A DNA stretch of 64,000 nucleotides from Candidatus Marinacidobacterales bacterium (lineage in GTDB: Bacteria; Acidobacteriota; Vicinamibacteria; Marinacidobacterales; DATDRI01), in contig OZ245365.1 in NCBI GenBank assembly GCA_965226495.1, positions 3,424,001 to 3,488,000 of the forward strand, given 5' to 3'. The position numbers and the translations under genes are program-made. This document shows positions 57,501 through 64,000 of this stretch, piece by piece; the first letter of the stretch is position 1, and each line of letters starts with the position of its first letter. A model generated the notes under the pieces. That model had not been told where the DNA came from. It saw only the letters and a list, made by a program, of their open reading frames with translations, and did no database searches.

Positions 57501-58589
57501 TTACGAGCTCCCTCCCGATTTTTTTTGCGCCTGCCGCTCGGCTAATGCCGACTTCGCACGTGCGAGCAACTTCGCGATCTTCGGAGTCAACGGGTCGTCT
57601 GGCGACAACCGAACGAAAGCGTCGTACTCGGATAGAGACTCGGGTATCTTGTCCAGGTTCTCGTAGGCCTGGGCGAGGGCGAGGCGAAACGTGCCATTCT
57701 CCGCATCCAGACGCACCGCCTCCTTGAGAGGCTCTAGTGATTGGGAATAGTTTCCGGCGGCGAGTTCGGTAACTCCCAAGGCGTGTTGCGCCACCGCGGA
57801 ATCGGGATTCGTCTCCGCTGCACCACGGAAGGCAGCCGCCGCCTCTTCTACGCGGCCCGCGTTTTTCAAGCTCTCGCCGAGCTCCAATCGCGCCGAAAGA
57901 TTCTCCGGAGACGCCACCAGCACTTCTTGCATCTCCAAGATGGCTTCTTCCGTCTTCCCTTCCGCTCGCATCGTCCTCGCCAGCTCGACCCTGGCAGTTT
58001 GGTCGTCTGGGTTCAGCTCGAGATATTGTTGGAGCACCACTTCGGCCTCGGGGTCTTGCCCCGACTCCCTCAACATGGCCACCAAATAACGCTGAAAGCT
58101 CGGACTCCCTGGAACGAGTTCGAAGGCGGTTTCCATCGCTTGTATAGCAGCCTCAGGATCTCCCAAGTTGTGGTATGCGAGTCCTAGGTACATGTGGCCA
58201 AAAGGATTATCCGGGGCTTCCTGGATGAATTGCTGCAAGTGATTGACCGCGGCCGTATAGTCTCCGTCGCGAAACGCTTGCAGGCCCTCGCGAGTCGAGA
58301 GCTGTGCGAGACCGGCGTCAAACGGGCGGCCCACAGGAGTCTCAGCCCTTGCGGCCGCGCCACCACCTCTTTCCCCCTGAGTCGTTGGAGTCGTTTGAGT
58401 CGTTTGAGGATTCATCCGCTCCCAGATGACGAAAATGGCCGCGCCGGCAAGGACCACGAGTAACAAAGGAAAGAGGAATCGGAGCGGAGAGGGTTGGAAG
58501 TCATGGGCAAACTCCAACGGCTCAGAACAACGGACGCAATACTCGAAATCGTCCTTGTTCTTGGCTCCACAATACGGGCAACGTATCAT
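57501..58589 (-). CDS. Zn-ribbon, TM and TPR protein (paralog of 52852-53979)
   Basis: CPYC..CVRC, TM helix, TPRs; shared C-terminal AYENL..I.(D/E)SL.EYDAFV.L.P.DP. Confidence 0.85.
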   Translation of the reverse strand: MIRCPYCGAKNKDDFEYCVRCSEPLEFAHDFQPSPLRFLFPLLLVVLAGAAIFVIWERMNPQTTQTTPTTQGERGGGAAARAETPVGRPFDAGLAQLSTREGLQAFRDGDYTAAVNHLQQFIQEAPDNPFGHMYLGLAYHNLGDPEAAIQAMETAFELVPGSPSFQRYLVAMLRESGQDPEAEVVLQQYLELNPDDQTARVELARTMRAEGKTEEAILEMQEVLVASPENLSARLELGESLKNAGRVEEAAAAFRGAAETNPDSAVAQHALGVTELAAGNYSQSLEPLKEAVRLDAENGTFRLALAQAYENLDKIPESLSEYDAFVRLSPDDPLTPKIAKLLARAKSALAERQAQKKSGGSS

Positions 58590-58742
58590 CAGCCTTCTCC
58601 CGGGCCCGAGGGCATCAGGTTGTTCTCAAGTACTTTCGGGCGATTTAGATATTTCTATGCTATCGCATCCAGGGCCGGTAGCTCAACCTCCGTCTCGTGC
58701 CTACGGAACCGGCCTATCGTCGACGTCCTTCGTCTTGGCCTC

Positions 58743-58984
58743 GCTAGCCTCGAGCAGGCCAATCCGAGTCAATGCAAACAAGGCTGCCGGGCCTTCACGC
58801 CCGACAGCCTTGAGAAATTGTGAGCCCAATGGGGTCCCTGGACCCTGAAACCATACTTTCGTCGAGCTAGCCTCGAGCAGGCCAATCCGAGTCAATGCAA
58901 ACAAGGCTGCCGGGCCTTCACGCCCGACAGCCTTGAGAAATTGTGAGCCCAATGGGGTCCCTGGACCCTGAAACCATACTTTCG
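58743..58984. repeat. Exact 119-bp tandem duplication (period 123 bp) containing a terminator-like hairpin
   Basis: 58743-58861 is identical to 58866-58984; minus strand CAAGGCTGTCGGGC-GTGAAG-GCCCGGCAGCCTTG-TTTG. Confidence 0.9.
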
Positions 58985-58997
58985 GAGCTCCCGCCTC

Positions 58998-59840
58998 TTA
59001 CTGAACGTTCGCCGTGGTATTTCCCGCCTGCGCGGCATCAGAACCCTTGATCGCATCAGTATCCGAGCCCTTGGTCACGTCCGCATACCGATCTCCCGAG
59101 GCCCCGCTCGACGGAATCCGCACCGTCATCTCGAGCCGTCTCAGGGAGCCCGGCCGACCGGCTTGCGCACCTTGCCAGTTGGGGGCCGTCCCTTCGGCCG
59201 TGAGAATGACCCGATCGTGGGCGACTCCCTCAACGATGGCACCATCGTAACCGTAGTCTTGGTCGCCGGCCAGCGGCCTGCGCACCCACAACGTCACCGT
59301 TCCCTCGATATCGATGTTAGTGTCCTGATCGATGTCGCCGCGGATTCCGTTGCCCGGATCCCGAAAGTCGAACTGGATGGGATCGGTCGAAACCGGATGA
59401 CGGAGCACTCGACCGATGTAGATCCTCACGGTCGCGTCGCGATCGATGAAGTACTGATAGTCTCGACAGCCCGGGACGGAGGTATCTGCGCAGTCGAGCG
59501 CGTCTACCGGCTTGGCGTTCATTGCCCCCGGCCCGCGCGGAGGAGGCAGCGCGTTCACAAAATCTCCATCGAGGACCGCGTAGGATGCGAGGACGTTCTT
59601 CCCGTACTCCAGCGCGGCATCGGCATTGAAGAACGCCATCTCACCATAGCGGTAGTTGACGCTGATGTCGGTCTCGGTCGTAGTCGTCAGCATCAGGGCT
59701 AGTCCGAGCACGGAGAGAACGAACAAGACCAGAATGGAGATTACGAAGGCCGAGCCACGTTCTCCAGATCTGACCTGTGTCGGAGCGCCTACTGTTGACA
59801 TCCTGTTTCTTTGAGCTCGTCTATGCATCTTCTTCTCCAT
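58998..59840 (-). CDS. PilX-like minor pilin (start 59840 or 59801)
   Basis: ERG|SAFVISILVLFVLSVLGLALM...AFFNADAALE PilX N-terminal pattern. Confidence 0.75.
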   Translation of the reverse strand: MEKKMHRRAQRNRMSTVGAPTQVRSGERGSAFVISILVLFVLSVLGLALMLTTTTETDISVNYRYGEMAFFNADAALEYGKNVLASYAVLDGDFVNALPPPRGPGAMNAKPVDALDCADTSVPGCRDYQYFIDRDATVRIYIGRVLRHPVSTDPIQFDFRDPGNGIRGDIDQDTNIDIEGTVTLWVRRPLAGDQDYGYDGAIVEGVAHDRVILTAEGTAPNWQGAQAGRPGSLRRLEMTVRIPSSGASGDRYADVTKGSDTDAIKGSDAAQAGNTTANVQ

Positions 59841-59857
59841 CGCTGCCGCTCTCAAAC

Positions 59858-60406
59858 TCATCCCACGTTGGCGGTGCGGAAAGTCACCAAACGCGCATCG
59901 CCGACTCCCAGATAGATGCCCGACTCGCTGGCGGGTAGGCAACGAACTGCAATTCGCAGCATGGCGAGAGGCATGGCGGGATCGTTCGGATCGACGATTC
60001 GAGTAATCTGCCAACGAACAACGAAAAGCGCTTGGTTTGCCGCGCCCACTGGCTGGCCGTCCGCGTTATAGAACTGGAAGAAGCCCGCGTCGTTGGTATC
60101 CAGATCACCGCACTGCGCTCCGGTATTGCAAAGCACAGGGTTTATGTTGCCGATGCTCGGGCTGGCAGGATTGGTGTAGAAGGGCGCGGCCTTGAGGAGC
60201 TCGAGCTGCTGCTTTGCCAATGCCGCCGAGGCGGTCATGCGTCCCGCCAGGGCGTTGGCATTCGTCGCCACGACCATCATTTGCGCGAGGGAGAGAAGGC
60301 CCACCGTGAGAATCACGATTGCGATCATGACCTCAATGAGGGAGAACCCTTCTCGGCCCCTGCCGCTGACTGTTCGACTCTGTCTTGTCTCGTTGTTTAC
60401 GATCAT
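59858..60406 (-). CDS. PilV-like minor pilin
   Basis: EG|FSLIEVMIAIVILTVGLLSLA..A..LA.QQLE.L; ATGA overlap with the upstream gene. Confidence 0.8.
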   Translation of the reverse strand: MIVNNETRQSRTVSGRGREGFSLIEVMIAIVILTVGLLSLAQMMVVATNANALAGRMTASAALAKQQLELLKAAPFYTNPASPSIGNINPVLCNTGAQCGDLDTNDAGFFQFYNADGQPVGAANQALFVVRWQITRIVDPNDPAMPLAMLRIAVRCLPASESGIYLGVGDARLVTFRTANVG

Positions 60407-61035
60407 GGTACCTCTGTTTGTACGCGCCCGTTTCGGCTGACTCGGATGTCCCGAACAAACCCGAAGCGGGGATACCGGATCGTCACCACCCAATCGAGCC
60501 CGTCCTGCTTGATGAGCGTGGCCCCGGAGCCAGCTGCGTTAACCGCTTCGACGGCACCGTTGGAGCGAAACAACAGGGCGTTCCATGTCCCACCACTGTC
60601 ATCGAACTCCATCTCCGGAGGTAGGTTGGTGATGTTGCCGTGGGGAGGCGATACGTTGTCCCCCGCTCCAGGCGCGATCCCGTAGTCTCGGTCGTTGGGG
60701 TCGAAGACGGCACTGGCGCCGGGCCCCGGATAAACCCCGCCATAGGCTCCCATCGTCACGGGATCCTGGTCCAGGGTCGTGAATTGGAACTGCCCCTCCG
60801 CCGGGTAGTCGAAGTTGAGGATCAAACCGTTGCGTGAGTTCCGCTTGACCGCCTGACCCCGCGACATCTGCATCAGCGATGCGACTCCTTGCGCGGCCGC
60901 CTGGGTCTGATAGTGACGGATGTAGTTGAGACCGTACGGGATTGACGTCGCAGCGAGAATGGCTCCGACCGCCATCACCACTAGGAGTTCCACCAGTGAG
61001 AAACCGCGCGAGGCTTCCTTTCTAAACATCACCAC
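60403..61035 (-). CDS. FimT/FimU (GspH-like) minor pilin
   Basis: RG|FSLVELLVV...P...R.QAVKRN; F.SNG; GGAGAGGA RBS. Confidence 0.82.
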   Translation of the reverse strand: MVMFRKEASRGFSLVELLVVMAVGAILAATSIPYGLNYIRHYQTQAAAQGVASLMQMSRGQAVKRNSRNGLILNFDYPAEGQFQFTTLDQDPVTMGAYGGVYPGPGASAVFDPNDRDYGIAPGAGDNVSPPHGNITNLPPEMEFDDSGGTWNALLFRSNGAVEAVNAAGSGATLIKQDGLDWVVTIRYPRFGFVRDIRVSRNGRVQTEVP

Positions 61036-61095
61036 ATCCTCCTCCTTACTCTAGATGAAGGGGTTGCGCGGAGTAAACACGCCGCCACAAGTCAG

Positions 61096-61111
61096 TGCAA
61101 GACTCGGGCCA
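61096..61111 (-). promoter_or_regulatory. sigma-54 promoter of the fimT-pilV-pilX operon
   Basis: TGGC-CCGAGTC-TTGCA, ~60 nt upstream of the start. Confidence 0.7.
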
Positions 61112-61598
61112 GGGTGTGTGAGTCTCAGCCATCCTCATAACCGTATACCCGAGAATGAGTTGGGCATGGTCCTCACCAATTTCGCCTGTTCCACGCGTTA
61201 CCTTTGGTAACATGGGTGAAAATTGTGACACCCAATGTTACCCCTTGTGAGCCATTTTTTGTAATCATTAGACCTCGGCACGTCGAAACGTCCTCAGGGG
61301 CGCGATGCCATCCGCCCCGCTAGGTTGGGGAGCCTGTACGAGGTACATCCTCCCCTCGTGCAAAGGGCGATCCAACGGGTCGATATGTTGGAGACAACCC
61401 TTCAACCAATTAAGAACATTGATCTTGTTGCCTAAGCAGATGCTCACCACCTTGAATTTGAGAGATGGGAGGTGTCACTGTTCGTAACAAAACCGGGACG
61501 GGGACTGCATGCCACGTTCGACCGAGGTGCAACGCAGCGAGGCGGGATGCATCGGCGCTCGAATGCAACATGACTTCCGGGAAGGGAAACTAGATGTG

Positions 61599-61627
61599 TT
61601 GACAGTGTACGACCCGCATGGGATTAT
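61599..61627 (+). promoter_or_regulatory. Possible sigma-70 promoter
   Basis: TTGACA-N17-GATTAT. Confidence 0.45.
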
Positions 61628-61700
61628 GGCGAAACACCAATTCTAAGAGCTCACACAACATCCGTTTTTCACTCGAAAGCGAAATTCTTCTGCCAGGAGT

Positions 61701-63893
61701 ATGAAGGTCGCAACCGAGAACAGCGCTGCCGGTTCGAGAGAAGAGAGCTCTCCGCGCGCTTCATCACGTTTGGAGTGGCAACGGTGGGCCTCTCTCGCAG
61801 CGTTTCTGCCGCTGGTTCTTGCGTCTTATCGCCTCGGCTCACTTCTCGTTCTGCCGTTGCTGGCGATCGCCTTCGTGCTCGCGCTTAGCCTCATAGCTCG
61901 CGTTGCGGGTTGGCCCAACCGCCTACTTGCTTTCGACCTGACCCTCATACTCGGTGCCGGCATGTTCGCGGTCTACGCGACAAGCATGGGAGAGCCAACG
62001 GGTCTGAACTTCGGGTTGGTTCTCACATTAGTTCTCGTCCTCGGCACCATCGCGTTTGCTATTTACCTGGAAAAAGACGACGCGAGCAGGGACCACTCGC
62101 CCCTGCTGCGCCTTCGCTGGCACCACGCGCTTTCCTTCGCAATCCTGACGCTAGGGATAACCTTGGTCATCTCCATCTGGGCGTTCGGCCTCTCCGCGAA
62201 GGTGACACCATACACGTGGTTGGTCTCGAGCTTCAGTTTCTGGCCGGTGCTCGTTTTGTCCTTTGCGTGTCTATTGGCTGGACGACTTGGTTGGATCTTA
62301 ACGCTGGTGTCCATGGCAATTCTGGAGACCGCAACTATCTGGTACGTGGCCTCGACCGAAGTCGTTGTTTACCAGGATCACCCGCTGCTTTGGGAGGAGC
62401 TCCGAAGCCGGGTCCGCGATCCGGGAAGCTGGGACATCCTCGTCGAGGGTCTCTTCTCGTTGCCAACACTTCTGCTTACGCTCGCCATCTTCGGAGCGTT
62501 CCCGATCCTGGTGCGCGCCCTTGGGAGGCTGAATCGAGGAAGCTCTCTTCTCGTGCTCCTACGGGTGCTAACGATCGTTTTGGTGAGTGGCTCCCTCTTC
62601 GTCCAACAGCGAGAAACGGTGAGCCCGAGCCAGGCCGAGCGTTACCTTCTGAACTCGTCGGCGCCGTGGGCCGCGGTCCACGATCGAACGCGCAAACCCG
62701 GCAACATCGACTGGGAGCAGGCAGCTCAAGTGCGAACCCGTTTGGAAGCACCGATCTGGGAGGCGGGCCGGGCGGCACCATTGGACTCTTTGGCCGGCCG
62801 CTATCAGGGGCGTTCGATCGTTTTCCTGCTAATGGAGTCACAGGCTTCCACACACATCGCCGGTCTCGGCGAGGGTGCATTCGCTCATGAGGCGAGCGCG
62901 CCTCACTTTTCGCGATTGATGGGCGAGGGGCTTGTCTTTACCAACTACTTCGCGGCCGGCTTCGATACACGTTCCGCCCTTTGGACGGTTCTCACCGGCT
63001 TGCAGCTGCCGATGGGCAATCCGGCCGGAGTGCAAAGGGCCCCCGAGGTGACACGCGTGGGACGCATGGCCGACTTCAAGGCGCTCGACTACCGATGCGA
63101 TTGGCTGTACGCGGGCTCCCCACGTTTCGACAACTGGGATCTACTCATGACCGGAGCGGGGGTGCGTTGGTGGATCGACGCGTCCGAAACGCGCGACCTC
63201 CCCCGCGACTACTGGTCCTCGTGGGGAATGCCCGACGATGCTCTCTACCGCATCGTTCGCAACCGATACGTTGACTCCTTGGAAAAGGGGAAGCCCACGT
63301 TCATCGGCGCCCTCACCGTCAGCAACCATACACCGTATAGCTTCCCAGAGACCGTCAATGGCCAGCGTCTCGCAAAGGACCACGTAGGCGGGACGACGTA
63401 CGCCGATCACGCCATGAACGAGCTGGTCACCGCCCTTAGAGGGGTTCCGGCCGATGACCGCCCCATCATCTTCGTGACCTCCGACACGAGTTATATCGAG
63501 AACCTTCGGCAAGTGGAGCCCTGGGGAATCCTAGCGCTCGAGGGGTTGCGCATACCCGGGCTGCTGTTGTTGCCGGACGGCTTCCTCGCCGGGCAACGTT
63601 TCGAAGGGATCTTCTCTCACGAAGACGTTCTGGACTTGCTCTACATGATGGTCGCCCCGGAGAACGAGCAAGGCGGGAAATTCCTAAGCCATCATCGTAC
63701 GGTCGGCTTCGCGAACTCCTATCAAGGACTTACTCGAAACACGTACTTTGCCTCGCCGGATCGCTGGTTCGAGATCGTGAGTGATTGGGACGTTAGAAAG
63801 ACAGAGCAACCACCCGAGCGGGCGCGCGTGGAAAAAGCATGGGAACAGTTTCGAAGAACAAATGCTCTGCTGTGGCCAGCGACGCGGCAATGA
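61701..63893 (+). CDS. LTA-synthase/sulfatase-family membrane protein
   Basis: Multiple TM helices, then IVFLLMES, WG.PD, TVSNHTPY, YAD and TSD alkaline-phosphatase-superfamily motifs. Confidence 0.82.
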   Translation: MKVATENSAAGSREESSPRASSRLEWQRWASLAAFLPLVLASYRLGSLLVLPLLAIAFVLALSLIARVAGWPNRLLAFDLTLILGAGMFAVYATSMGEPTGLNFGLVLTLVLVLGTIAFAIYLEKDDASRDHSPLLRLRWHHALSFAILTLGITLVISIWAFGLSAKVTPYTWLVSSFSFWPVLVLSFACLLAGRLGWILTLVSMAILETATIWYVASTEVVVYQDHPLLWEELRSRVRDPGSWDILVEGLFSLPTLLLTLAIFGAFPILVRALGRLNRGSSLLVLLRVLTIVLVSGSLFVQQRETVSPSQAERYLLNSSAPWAAVHDRTRKPGNIDWEQAAQVRTRLEAPIWEAGRAAPLDSLAGRYQGRSIVFLLMESQASTHIAGLGEGAFAHEASAPHFSRLMGEGLVFTNYFAAGFDTRSALWTVLTGLQLPMGNPAGVQRAPEVTRVGRMADFKALDYRCDWLYAGSPRFDNWDLLMTGAGVRWWIDASETRDLPRDYWSSWGMPDDALYRIVRNRYVDSLEKGKPTFIGALTVSNHTPYSFPETVNGQRLAKDHVGGTTYADHAMNELVTALRGVPADDRPIIFVTSDTSYIENLRQVEPWGILALEGLRIPGLLLLPDGFLAGQRFEGIFSHEDVLDLLYMMVAPENEQGGKFLSHHRTVGFANSYQGLTRNTYFASPDRWFEIVSDWDVRKTEQPPERARVEKAWEQFRRTNALLWPATRQ

Positions 63894-63900
63894 AGCACGT

Positions 63901-64000
63901 CTATTGATTGATGTATCCCAGGCTCTTCAGAAGCTCTCGGTCATGGTCGTCGACCGGCTCGTCCAAACCGCCTTCTTGACTCCCTCGGATTTCGGCGAGG
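63901..64000 (-). CDS. C-terminus of a probable sulfatase/phosphodiesterase-family protein (partial)
   Basis: Manual translation ...DDHDRELLKSLGYINQ*; L.xLGY is a typical C-terminal motif of this superfamily. Confidence 0.55.
   Translation of the reverse strand, partial: LAEIRGSQEGGLDEPVDDHDRELLKSLGYINQ

Noticed and set aside
58701-58952. 83-aa ORF with an internal repeat
   Set aside because: By-product of the 123-bp period duplication; no RBS or recognisable features.
61046-61487. Three ~60-aa ORFs in the fimT-sulfatase intergenic region
   Set aside because: No RBS or motifs; the region is better explained as divergent promoter/enhancer DNA.

Overview
GC-rich bacterial chromosome segment. 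The gene repertoire (tandem Ser/Thr kinase-beta-propeller proteins, HEAT and TPR proteins, cNMP-DUF4388, tatA-tatC) suggests Acidobacteriota, possibly Vicinamibacteria; this is inference. Housekeeping loci include tRNA-Phe, recA, hbd/thiolase, maf, lat, ctpA, tatAC, pcm, proS, aroB, ubiE and argF. Other loci are a Tat-exported xanthine-dehydrogenase-family molybdoenzyme operon, a LytS/LytTR pair, and a sigma-54-type type IV minor pilin region with an NtrC-family activator. Most notable: (1) a compact RiPP-like operon behind a sigma-54 promoter motif, comprising a radical SAM/SPASM enzyme, a 59-aa precursor missing from the ORF track (YxxPxL leader, three Cys, C-terminal Ser) and an HPr-kinase-like protein; (2) two copies of a ~1.25 kb transposase-free HNH-endonuclease element sharing a ~230 bp non-coding leader with several inverted repeats, both ending just before host promoters; (3) disrupted genes (COG2403/arginine-synthetase-like, pilW-like, truncated ada), a probable pseudo-esterase fusion, and several repeat families. 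No CRISPR array or rRNA was seen.
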